Shown here one piece after another: positions 35,901 through 48,700 of a stretch of 64,000 bases of DNA (positions are counted from its first letter, which is position 1; every line of letters begins with the position of its first letter). The notes below the pieces were generated by a model. That model saw only the letters and a program-made list of their open reading frames with translations, made no database searches and was not told the origin of the DNA. The translations under genes and the position numbers were made by a program. The DNA is from Somniosus microcephalus (lineage: Eukaryota), in assembly GCA_052327205.1 (NCBI GenBank), contig CM126205.1:245582001-245646000 (forward strand), in the 5' to 3' direction.

Positions 35901-37373
35901 AGGAAATAAACAAAATACATTGATTAAAAAACGTTTTAGTTTTACAAAATACTTTAGCCAACGTTATCTATAAACCCCAAGAGTTTAGTGGATAGTTGGT
36001 CATTTCTACAATCCAGAAAGTCCAAGATTTCTGAATTGTTTTCATAATATATGCCAGCCAATGTCCTTTACCATCATGAGGTCAATATTAGAGTGCTGAT
36101 CAGCTAAGTTGAACGAAATCCCCTTTCGGTCATCTTAATATTAGCATCCATTTAACAATACTGACTGTTTCAAACATAAAGCAGAGACAATGTAATAATG
36201 ACCTTCTAACGGAATATATAGCTTTGCAGTCCCTCCTGAAATGGCTAATTGTTTACATCCAAACAGCGTTTATCGAATCATAAATGACTTTTGCACTAGC
36301 AGCAAATCTGAAATGTTTATAAACTTTTTATTGTTATCATAACGAGCAAAGGTACAAAACAGTGAACATGAGTGGAACTTTCTGCTTTTAATTATAGTCT
36401 TTTGACTTTTGTAGCACAGTATAATTTTTATTGTCACATCTGTGGTAGCTATTAAATACTGTGGAGGATCTAGGAGTAAGTCAAAAACTACCGTGACATT
36501 ATATTTTCTTACATCTTCAAATTTCATTAATTACATTGGATTTGACTTATGTAATGGTCCAAGTAACGCCTCTTTATAACAGTATTCAAATCGACGCAAT
36601 AAGCACCGCATTAAAGCAGGTTATATTCACTTGTCACTAAAATAAACTTACTTCAGATTGTCCCAAACGCACAAAAAAGATGCCCACGGCCATTGGAAAA
36701 GTAACAGAATTTAAACACCTTTCTATGTATTTGTGTTCCTTAGTCAAGATGCCTATAGTTTAAGGACACGTTTAGGTTATTCGAGAAATATACCTTCCCA
36801 TAGTGACCGTGACGCTCTGCTAATGTAACTTGAAATATTTTAAATAAATATTACATTGGCTTGACACCCTTTATCAGCAAGTGATAATGTCTTTTCACTG
36901 GAAAATAACTGGCTGATGCACAGCCAGTGGCGTTTGTATTACATTCCACAGAGTAACCGGCATAAAAACTGAATAAAACGGAAAAGGGGTTGCATTTCTC
37001 TCTATTTCTATCTAAATAATACACTAACAGTACAGCAGAAACACCGCATTTTACACGTTGCACAGCTAAACAAATGTTCAAATATGCGTGTTTTATTTCT
37101 ATATAAAACAAGTATATTTTAATAATGTTTTAACGTAATACAACCAACGTGCTGACATCAGTTTAAATTCTGTTTAATGTAAGCCAATAGCAGCAAATCA
37201 GGGACAGTCTATAGATAAAAGGCAGTTGTTTAAACACAGGATTGCTCTGAAACAGTACAACACTGGGAAACATAGACCGTGCTTCGAATAGACCAGGCAC
37301 CACTAGATAGACAAAACACTTTTTACACAGTCTGTAGGATTTTCAAATCTATCGCTAAGATACTGATGATCAA

Positions 37374-37615
37374 TTAAGGCTCTTCGTTATTTTTCACCTT
37401 GTTCATCTTTTTCATTTTCATTCTTCTGTTTTGAAACCAAATCTTTACCTGCCGTTCGGTAAGATTTAAAATTCTAGCAACTTCATATCGCCGGTCTCTG
37501 GTAAGATACATATTAAATAAAAACTCCTTTTCTAATTCAAGCGTCTGGTATTTGGTGTAAGGGCAACGTTTCTTCCTGGTAGAGCGAGCGTGGATCCAAT
37601 TTATTGCAGGGTGAT
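37374..37615 (-). CDS. HoxD9: Homeobox protein Hox-D9, coding exon 2 (homeodomain)
   Basis: Acceptor TTCCAG|AT. Reads [71 protein letters not shown]. Spliced protein 265 aa. Confidence 0.97.
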
Positions 37616-38175
37616 CTGGAAGGAAAGGAAAAAACAATAATTACAATCTGAACATCTCCTGGATATTTTCCATGGAATTTCAGACACACTCAAGCATTCC
37701 CACAAACGCAATAATATATCTCAAAGCAGCGGTGCTCTTTCCCCACTCGTTACTTGTCAAGTTCAGGGCGATTCAATATGTTAAGAAATGGAGGCAGCGA
37801 TTGATTTCAGTCCGTTTGGGCCTGTTTTGAAGTGGGATGTTATCAAATAGAAAAGAATCTTTGATAGAAAGAATGGAAAAATACAGTTACAAATGTTTAA
37901 ACTGGAAACAATCTATTTTGCCTTCGACTTTCAGATAGTCCTGGAAAATTCAATGAGAAGGAATGCACCAACTTTAAAACAACCTTTTACAGTCTTGTCA
38001 GACGCAAATGTGTGTGTAAAAATTATCTGTAAACAATATAAACTCTACTGCTAGCTGTAGCTTTTCAGACTTGGGTAGGCGTCTAGACATTTTTATAGGT
38101 TTGTAAAACCATCAGCTTTGCATACTCGGGTCTACAGGTTCGGGTTGTAAATCAAGCTGCAATTTTTGCACTTAC

Positions 38176-38731
38176 TTGGGTCAAGTTGCTGTTGTTTCTC
38201 CTCCTTGTGCTCGCTGTTGCTCGTAGTCTCGGAGCTGGTGCAACCAAGCTCATTAGGAAGCTTCTCCCTGCTCTGTGGGTAGGAGCCGCACGTCAATTCT
38301 GGCAGGCTGAGGGTTTGCAGCTCATAGGAAGAGCACTCAGTCCTCTTGGTTGATAAAGTTTCTGGCTTGATCCCGTAATGCCGGCCGTTGGTATGGAATC
38401 CGGGGAAAGAGACTGAAGTGGAAAGTGGTTCTAACCATGAGCGCACGTATCTGGTGTCTCCAGCTGCAAGATGCGATTGATGCATGTAAGGATGGTAGAT
38501 CCCTGCAACGGCGGCAGAGGCTTGAGGATGAACGGGAGACCAGGGATTAGAAAATACGGTTGACTTGGGGGCAAAACTGCAGGAAGAGAAATCTGAACTG
38601 TCTGCAACACCTGATGGCCTTGAAGCTGTGCTGTGTGATCCTTGGGCATATCTAGTCGCGTACAAATCCTCTGTCTCCTGTCCTATCAAAGAGTCAACAT
38701 AATAATTGTGTATAGTGCCACCGGTCGACAT
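38176..38731 (-). CDS. HoxD9: Homeobox protein Hox-D9, coding exon 1
   Basis: ATG at 38731, MSTGGTIHNYYVDSLIG...YVRSWLEP...YGIKPE...KEEKQQQLDP, donor CCAA|GTAAG. An in-frame upstream ATG exists at 38752. Confidence 0.95.
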
Positions 38732-41700
38732 TTTAGGCTCTCTCGCTTTCATAGAAAAGGTTACACTGGAAAGTATATCTGATACCTTCACTCAGAACAA
38801 TCATAGTATTTTGCCGACTACAGCTGCAGCTATTGGTTGCGCGGCTCACGTGATTGTATTTACCAATACAGCGAGTAAATCAATCCGCTCAGCGGTGTGA
38901 CCACAAATGGGCCTAGCCCAGCTTTACAAGAAATTTTAAAAATACATTATCAATGGGCAAAACAAAATCACTTGATCAAGATCGTTGGAAACATTCTGCT
39001 GGAGCCAAAGGGACAAGCTCTCCAAGTGCAGTTAAAAAAGGCTTCTGGAGAAACCGGGGACTATTTTCCCCCCGCAAGCTAATTAATGTATGTCACTCAT
39101 TTCATAATCAGCAGTGAGTAGTCCATGATCTATGTCAAGAGCAAATATCTGTTACTTTAGTGCAATAAAGCGGCAAGAAAACACCTTCGAGGTACGTTGG
39201 TGTTTCTGTACTGTATACACTGTCTAGAGAAGAGCTTTTACAGACCATTGACTAGCGGCTCCCATAAAAGCAGTAAACGACAAGTTGTAAAATGAAGGAT
39301 TTGAGCCTTTTAAAAACAATCTTGAGTACACGAACGTGCTGATTTTATTTTCCCCTCTTCGAATCTTCGTCTAATATTTTAATTTGTTTTAAATATTACC
39401 ACATTTTGAGGTAAACGGTTCCTCGCCCGCTTTATAGTCTATACTCAGAAGTCACCATAAAGGCTTTTATGTCTATCAATAAAATTTTTATGAGGTGCAT
39501 TTGATTATACATTAATGTGTCTTTAATAAAACAGGCCTCTTTTGGCATAGTAAAGTATGTTTAACCAACACTGGACGCTTAAGATTCCCACAAAGGTACA
39601 AGTATTCCCGCCTATAAATATGTTTCTAGTACATCGCCTGTTAATGGCAGTCAGTGTACCATCGTGTACAAAAGAGGAGAATGCACCCGCTGTTTGCAAC
39701 ATAAACGCATCACCAGCTCCAGTGCCATGTTTCACTGCTCTCGCTGGTCGATACAATGGAGGAATTGCAGTGAGTCTATGAGTAAAGGTCGAGAAGATTG
39801 AGTTGGTTCCGAGTTTTTAAAGATGATAGCCATTAAACAGCTGCAGAGAGATTGCGTGTTTCTTCAGATAACACGTTCAGTGACCGTCCACCATGACACG
39901 AATCAGGCAAACTTCATTTGTGATAAAAGGAATAAGTTTCGTTTTACATTAAAAAAATCCTCGCATTTCTAGGTTAATTCCTCTTTACTTTTCACATTGA
40001 ACTTTGATTGTTTCTTTCTTTTGCATGGTCAGAAATGGCGCAGTAATCTTGGCATTCACCATGGCTAGTTAAAGGCATTAACTGAGCCCACCTCATGGAG
40101 GTTTCAGGAAAGAAATCACACTTAGCTAAAAAAAAAGCGTTGTATTCTTATCTGCTCCTTTTTCGTGTTTATGGGCAAAGGCGTTATTATTTATAATTTG
40201 TTCATTATAAACGAGAAGAAAACACTGCTTCATGTATCATGGCGAAAGGCCAGAATCTAAAAATTTGCAAAGCTGAAGGAAAAGGCAGGTCAATAACCAT
40301 TCGATTCAATTTTACTCCAGTATGAACCGTTATATATTATTGCCTCGCATGGCTATACCTTAGTGCACTTAAGACACTTTATTTAAGTAACTTGTAATCA
40401 TTAAAGACCCAATTTTGATTTCTATTTCACCAATTTATACACGTTATCCCGCATTGAAGATTGTGCAAATAATAGTAATCTTGCCGAATTTAGACACACG
40501 TTGAGGCGACTTTTTGGCCAGACGTTTCTCGCAAGATGCCAATTTTTGTGATGTTGAAGGAATTGGAATACATTCAATCTTGTTGTTTCATGTCATTTAC
40601 AAAAGAAAAATACGGCTTGTTCCTTTCCTGGCTGTTAAGTGCTTTAAGAATAAGGAATGGAACATACGCTACAGTTAGGTGCTGCTATATCTGAACAAAG
40701 GCGTGGATTGCATTTTCCCGTTTAAGGTTATTTAAAATAAAACGAAAATAAAATTAAATTTCTACAACATTCATTTTTTAAAGTTTACTGCATTTCGTAT
40801 AAGGAATGTCGTCGGAAAGCGCATTCTTTCGTCGGTTGCCATTTTGCAGCACTTCAAGTAAAACTTAATTTTCTAAAGAGATAAAATAGTTAAGATTGAC
40901 TGTCAATATCCCTAAATTAACCAAGAAAATGCGTTGCTACTAAAATACGCGATGAATAGTGCATCAGCGATAACGCATTATGTTCCTTATAAGTGTTCTG
41001 TTATGTAATAGAGGATAAAAAAACAGTACTTTTAAATAGTTTAAACATTTACACCGATCAGGGTTCTATAAACTCAGTTAAGTGAATCAGTGTTATAAAT
41101 ATAATTGTTATGAAGGAAAAATAACTAATTTCACACGTTAATAAGTTTAAACCTGCTAATTGAAGCTAACTTTATTTATTTTCTTATTTGTATATAGAAA
41201 GTCAGCTGTTAAAAACAAATTGGGAAGACAATTTTTCCCTGTTCTCTCGTGTAGACTAATCTGAGCGAAAATGAATTCTATTTAGTATTCGTGGAAGTGG
41301 AAGACGAAACAAATATTATGTTAAGCAGTCACGGCAAGGTTTCGGTTTGTGTTTCGCATTGTGTAAAAGAAGTACTTTATTTCAAACTTGGACTTGGTTG
41401 AGCTGGTTTGATTTGGTTTCATTTATTATATCTGTTTTCTTAATGCCCTTGTATACTCTGTAATTTTAAGCGTTTCACGTCTCATTTCTGTTTTTAAGTC
41501 TTGTAAATGCGACAGATGTGCAGCTAAGTTGTTTAGTTTAATTTAACAACATTCTAATGTTTGTGGCACTAAACTGTTATCGAAGAATTTGAGCTATAAT
41601 GAAGTAAATGTTACTATTGTATTAGATACCTGCCTCTGCTTTTATTTAGGCTGCTCGGTAAAGACTAGAATTTTGGTAGATTTTGAAATGGCGTACATCT

Positions 41701-42950
41701 GTAAATACAAAGGTTAACTCTTGAAGCGGTTTATTAATTGGTTTGAACCTTCTCCATCAAAAAGAATGCATCGAGCTAAACCATTATCCGGCAGTTCCTT
41801 TCTGTCCAATCTATATTTAGAGTGCTTCGATTTGTTTTGCATCTATGAAACTTAGATAGAGGAATTTTACACTATTAACGCCCTTTAAATATATCACGAA
41901 ACTATGCAAAATTCGTCACCCTGTGTGCTAAAAATATCAAAGACCTAATCATGTTACTAAAATTATTCCTTTTTTTATTGCCGCGGGTGAGATTTACATG
42001 ATACAGCTGGGCATCCTTAAAAGAAACGAACATTGAATTCCTTTTATGCTTGACCCTGACTTGCAACCAAATATTCGTACAGTGTTTAGAACCGGATAAT
42101 AACACGTGAGCATAGCAATTATCATTTGCATTGAACACGTCGGAATAACTAGCCCGAGAGGTGTCACGTATGTTTATTCACACCAAGGCCGCACTAATAA
42201 AGTGGTTTTGATATCGTGGTTAAAGTCAAACTAAAATAGATAAATAATCTAAGTACCTAACCGTGAACGTCTTTCAGTTAATAAAGCGGATTATTACTTT
42301 CCGTATATATTTCTATAGCAAACTTTAACTTTTAACATTGCAAATTCAGATCGTTACTTCAGATACTACCAGTTTATATCCCCATAGAGGGTTTATACTA
42401 ATACACATAAAGAAAACTCAAACATTTGCATTGATACAGACTTCTGCACTGAGAAGACAAAGCATAAATAAATATGTTTCTATTTGGGCGTGTTTCTTGG
42501 GCCAGTATGTTATGCATGCTTTTTACAAAAATAGAATCCTATCAACGCAATAAATAATAATTTGATAAATAAATGCGCACATTTACAAATGCTGTGCCCT
42601 GTATCAAACTGGATGCACTGCCCGGTCTAATTTTGCCGTTTGGTTTAATTTAGAATCGAACTCATTTAGAGAAAACTATCCTGCTGATTTAGTGTTGGTC
42701 ACTTGATACTCCCAACGGCGCAAAGTACTGTTCTGAAGTATTAGAAAAGGAATTCGAATATCTGTAATTACATTATTACATTTAATTTATTAAGCCATTA
42801 AAATATTGTGAAAAGCATTATATTTGCGGTTGTTAAATCATTTTGATTGAAGTACCCATGAGTAATTTAGCAATTTCGCCTATGGCCATTGGCGAAGACT
42901 TCCCAAGTTGTAAAACGGATTGAAGAAATTGAAATCTAATTTAGGATTTA

Positions 42951-43012
42951 TTATTTATATTTATATTTATATATATATATACGTGCAACAGACACATGCA
43001 TATAAATACACA
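42951..43012. repeat. AT-rich / (TA)n simple repeat
   Basis: ttatttatatttatatttatatatatatatacgtgc, seen directly. Confidence 0.7.
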
Positions 43013-43543
43013 TGAAAATTTGCATTACGACTCCATCACACACTCCAGAAATGGACCTAAAGAGTTTCTTCTACAGACCTAATTATTTGAAAACTGTACG
43101 TTATGGGACTATTGTTTAAGTGTAACTCTGCAATTAACAATTCAAATCGTGTGCTTCTAATAAGATTCTTATAAGTGTCCCATCTGATTTGCAATTACTA
43201 AATAAATGTCCTTTTTCTACATACCGTAATGTTGCAAAATTTGATGTTCTGATGTACAGTAAACTCCCAAATTGCAAGAATATCCGTAGCATGTCAAATA
43301 ACTTAAGACCTACTTACTAAACAAAGTAAATAATTAGCCCTGTGTTAAATAGAACAACATTTTAGAAAATATTCTTGCTAAGGTAAACGTGCTATTGTAC
43401 TTTCAGACAACCATAACACTAACATGGTCAAATCAGAATAATCGACAATATCCCAGAGTGGATAAACAGAACGATTCCACAGTCCCCAGTAAACCACTAC
43501 AATATCAAATGTGTTGGATCACGTTCGAATCAGTGTTCCATGC

Positions 43544-43815
43544 TCACGAGAAGGTCAGATTAGTGGTCAGTTCTCGAATTCGGTTTTCTCTGCTCATTTT
43601 CTTCAGCTTCATTCTACGATTTTGAAACCAGATCTTGACTTGTCTGTCGGTCAGATTCACGCTCTTACTTATCTCTAGACGGCGCTCACGAGTCAGATAC
43701 ATATTAAATAAAAATTCTTTCTCTAATTCCAGTGTTTGGTATTTTGTATAAGGGCATCTCTTCTTCCTTCCACTCTTTGCTGTTAGCCAGTTGCTTATCG
43801 GAGTTTTGATCTCTT
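43544..43815 (-). CDS. HoxD10: Homeobox protein Hox-D10, coding exon 2 (homeodomain)
   Basis: Absent from the ORF track, translated by hand: [90 protein letters not shown]. Acceptor TGATAG|AA. Spliced protein 336 aa. Confidence 0.96.
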
Positions 43816-45045
43816 CTATCAGAAGTAAAAAAACAAGAAATGCGATTCAGCAAACATGTCTCTAACACATTACTTCATACCAACCTCAGCTAGTGCTGTT
43901 AAACACAAAACTGACACCTTACGCTGTACACAGACTGCAACAACTCAATACATGTTCTTTACTTGTTGGCATATAGTCAAAACAAATATACACACAAATT
44001 GGCGCAATTCAAAGAGAAAATCGCTTAATTGGTTAAGGAAACCAAACAAATGCATTTGGAGGTTAGCAAATAGTATTATACAATACATTGTTTATTATTT
44101 TGCACATCTGGGGACAGGTTTGTTTGTGAATTGTCAAATAAATGCCAAAGTAAGATGCGGATACGAAAAGCATACAATTTGATAATATTGGATGGATGAT
44201 TAGGTAATGTTATTACTTGTGAACTGAATATAAAACTGTGGGTTGCAATGCACCAATAGGTTTTTCACCAATAGGTCGTTTTTCAACTTCATAACTAAAT
44301 TTAATGATTGTATAATCCTGACAGTACAAACGTATGTGGTCATGACAATAATTCTGGAGGTAAATCTCAGAGTATTAAACGTACTATCGCTGCCTCTTAT
44401 AGCGCAGCTTAATTGTAATTTACGATTATACGTGGGTAGCAATATTTCACAGTATTCGAATGGAACTTTTATCACAGCTTATAGCAATATGTTACATATC
44501 CAACATAAACTATTCCAGGGGAAGCGATCATTTTAACTGCGACCAACACTCTCCCGCTCAATACTTCCAAGTCAGCAAATGATGCAAGTAACTTACTTCC
44601 CACAATAGAGCGAGTAGGACTGAGCTTGGACGTTGTGCTAAATATATAAATAGTTGTCCTTAATACATGTCGTGTATGGTACTAAAAAGTTCATACAATA
44701 CCATAGGTCTCGTATTATATGACACATATACCAACGCTAAGATGAAACTATCAATGTTACACTGACATCTGTAAATGGTTTACTAACCTTTACTATGTCA
44801 TTAACAATGTCATGGCATTACTGAGCAAATTTTCCAGCAACTCATTGTAATAAAAGAAAACTGTCATTTTATGCAATGTTATTCAGACTTTCCTTGCCCT
44901 TTTTTTTGTAAATTTAGGTGACCAGAAGAGCACATAACTTGCCCAATATATTGCCACAATAAAGTTACCTATTGTAGTAGCTGTGCAACCTTTGTATCAG
45001 CTTTACGATGCTGACATGTTCACATTAAATCTTTGAAAAGCTCAC

Positions 45046-45784
45046 CTTTAGCCTCTTTGTCCGATAGTTCCGAGCTAGACTCGGCTTCTTCAGCGGTTGC
45101 ACTGGCCTCCAGTAAGCTCGGCTTTGGTTCAGGGCTTTCCACATATATTCCCTTAGTGGATTCCTGTACGTTTGGTTTCTCGTTCATTTTCCTTTCCACT
45201 GGAGACTGGCTGGCTACCTGGAGTTTACTGATAAACCCTAGGTTTGGCTGCGGCATTACATTTGAACCGATTTCCCCAGCGTGATTATAATCCAGGCTTT
45301 TCTCCAATGGGTAAGCCTGACAGAGTCTGAAATATCCCGGGATGGGAATCTCAGGATTCTCAATGGAACAGGTTTCGGAGACTAGCCTGGGATAGGCGGG
45401 AATTGCTGTAGGATTGAGTTTGGCCCGTTTATCGGAATTATACATGCAGCAAGTGCTTTCTTCCTTTATGCTAGCAGGAAAGGAGCACGTGGGCATCTGT
45501 GGAGTAACAGGTTGTTCAATTCGGCATGGTCTTGGAGGGTCAGCCCAGCCATCTACCTGAGATAAATAAGGATGAACGCTCATACTCATATTTTGATGGC
45601 TAACCTCTCCTCGTTTAGTCATGGTCGGGAGCAGTCCACAGGTCTGCATTCCGTAAGTTCCCATATCCGTGCTCGATGGCATGTACATGGAGCTGTTTGA
45701 ATAGAAGCTGTCACCCCTACAAGCACTAATCAGGGAATCGACTAAAAACGAGTTAGTAGCAGGAGAGCTGTTGGGACAGGACAT
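45046..45784 (-). CDS. HoxD10: Homeobox protein Hox-D10, coding exon 1
   Basis: ATG at 45784, [23 protein letters not shown]...[10 protein letters not shown]...[10 protein letters not shown], donor AAAG|GTGAG. Confidence 0.96.
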
Positions 45785-48700
45785 TTTGGAGAGTATTTTG
45801 AAGAAGGCAGATGATGTCCTTTGTAAGCTGACATCTCTAACAAAACATTCCCTGTGTAATTGTGGATGCCTCTGTACAACCACATGACTACTGAGCCAAT
45901 GGAATTTGAAAATGGCCTTGAAGCACTACCTCCCCGCACATCACATGATCCGCAGTCAGTTGAATTTGATCTTAACTGTGGACAACAGCGACACCTACAC
46001 CACCCATTCCAAAGTGGCGTCCGCTCCAGCTCAGTGCAATCCCCGCACAGACCCCGACTCAAACCCATCAACACATTCACACTTTATGCTGTTTAATCTC
46101 ACCCCAGCCATCAACAGGAAAATAATTAGCACTCGGTTTTTATTCTGTTTGCTAAAATGCCGCAAGCTTTTTTGATAAAACAAAAAGGAAATCCATCGAA
46201 GAAAAAAACAAATTGCAGCAGTATCTGACCATCGGGAATTATAAAGGTAGTTACTGATATTGTAGAAAATGTCGGTGAAATGAAACGAATGCAGAGCAGG
46301 TTTATGATGTGGGATATCTTTGTAGTTTCGGGAATCCCGGCGCTGCGAGGGGGCAATCCATTGTGTGCATTCTGCACATTACGTCATTTACATGTATAAC
46401 CAGCCGGGCCATGCACTTTGTTTTGATATAAAACAAACGTTTTGTGAAATGAATGAATGGAATCAAAATCTTGCACACTTACCGGTATTCATGGGTAGAT
46501 TTCTTGCTCTTATATAACTACATTATACTCTATGTTGCGGCTGCAAATACGTAAAAGTATCATATTGTACAATAAACCCGATCTTCATGAGTAAAATTGA
46601 TCGTTACGAATGCCCATAACAGAGTTCGCATTTTGAATTATTGTAAGCTAACTCACGCCCTGAACGCCTATCCTTTCCGTTACAAAATATCTACAGTAGT
46701 TAGAGTGCAGACACACTGATTTAAATATCACACACTTCTATGCTGTTGTTGCGTTCGAACATTTGCACAGCCATCTTCCAAGATTTAAGACTGTGGCTGA
46801 GAAAGAGCCACATTTCCGATTCTTGCTATTAATTCGGGGGTTTGACCTTTACTAAGGACTATTGGCGTTGATAGTTTATTACCTTGTCCTAAAAACCCAA
46901 CTTAACGTTGGGCTCCTGCTGCAGTTGGGTGTTTTCGCTGTTGATAATCAATAGAAACATTGTCCAAAATAGGCCGGAAATGTTTCTGCACTCGATGGTC
47001 AAAACATCGTGAAAAACAACGGAAAGGCACACAGTATGTTCGCCTGCTTCCCAACGTTAGCAGTGGAGGTACTTGTTGTTTTCAGGATTCAGCTTGGCTG
47101 ATGGAGTTAGCTTCTTGTGCTGCAACCATGTCCAAGTGGTTTTCCGAACTTTCTGAGTATCTGGAGGCAATTTGCCATTTAACAGCACATGTTCTCGCCC
47201 GGCCATTGGGAGAACCCGTTAGGGTTTAAGAAAATACAAATAACGACAATGGAGGAGCAATTTGACATCCACACAAAACTAACACGAAGAACTGAGAAGG
47301 CGACAGTGTCAGGGTCAAGGCTGCCACGGTGGACGCATTTCTTTTATTTTTTTGCAATGTAAATGTAATCTTTGGAAATTGTTTCAGAATAATGTAAATT
47401 TTAGTTTTGCACGAAACGCTTAAAATTCTACAACTATTGAAAATAAACAGAACATTAGCAAAAGTATAAGTATTTGTGGGACGTGCAATTAGACTTAAAT
47501 GGATATAATCCTTTTAGTAGAGAATTTACCGCTGTTTATTTGCAAATCGTTATTTATGATTTGATAAGATTTTGTAGTCAAAATCTTTACAACCAGCTCT
47601 ACGGCACCCCTGCATTTTAAGTTTTATGGTTGGTCTTTGTTAGCAGTTATTCTAAGCCAGAACGTAACTCCGTTCACAACGTCTTGATGTTGTGTAGCAT
47701 ATCTCACCCGTACAAAATGTTGCTTCCAATAAGTATTTGTAGAGAAACACAATTATTTGGATCCTAGAATGCTTATATTTCTCCCAAAATATCACAATCC
47801 TGTTCCTAACAGCCAAACCTATCTCAGCAAAGGGCTCCAAAAGGCACTAGAATTGGCTGTGAAATTCTTAAACTACTTTTCCTTCCGTGCAAAATAAGTT
47901 TACTAATTCTTAAAAATGACCTCAAAAGACGAGCGATATAACGGAGCAAGTAATGCATCCAACTGAGACCGTCATGCATTATTGATAAAGTTCATATTAA
48001 TTTATTCAGCGTCTTGCCTTAATTACAACTGAGAGTAAACATGCTCTGATGTAAAACCAGTCTTCCAGGCAAGGGCAAGAGGGAAAAATGTTGCTTTTCT
48101 ATGGATTTTGGAACCCTGGACGCATGTATGTGTAACATGAGTGAATACATGTAACATACAGAAAAACTGATCGATACAACGTTCTATTCATGTCTTCTTC
48201 TTTATTATTTCCTCTGTCGACAATCCGCAACAGCCGTAAACCCTAAAGTCTACTCAACCTAAACATGAATGTAGTTTATATCCCAGTAAAATAAAATACA
48301 AGCCACCCTCCACCAATACTGTTTTACTATTAATAATGGATACCATTCAATAAATGTAGATAGCACGACTATACCTGGAATAATATGATACTTGAATAAC
48401 TGTTATAATTGGCTAATCGCTATGGTTTGCGTGTATAAGCAATGAATTGTTGAACGAGGGCCAGTCGTGTATTTTTATTGCACAACGCCTCCTCATATTA
48501 TAAAAATATTCAGAATCATGGTGAACAAAATCAAACCGGCGGTGACTTTGCTTGTAAGCGATCAGAAGCAAATAATCTAGCCGTAGTGATTTTGGACGTA
48601 CTACAGACAAGAATCGATGCTGCACTATCTCAGACAACAGATGCTTCTTGCAGCCTTGAACGAGAGAAGTCTCCGCGCCGTGTGGCCTGCACAATAATAA

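Noticed and set aside
38900-43500. miR-196 gene between Hox9 and Hox10
   Set aside because: No TAGGTAGTT arm or hairpin was seen, consistent with HoxD clusters lacking miR-196.
46891-46935. Small inverted repeats (ACCCAACT/AGTTGGGT)
   Set aside because: Stems of 8 bp or less are expected by chance in 64 kb.
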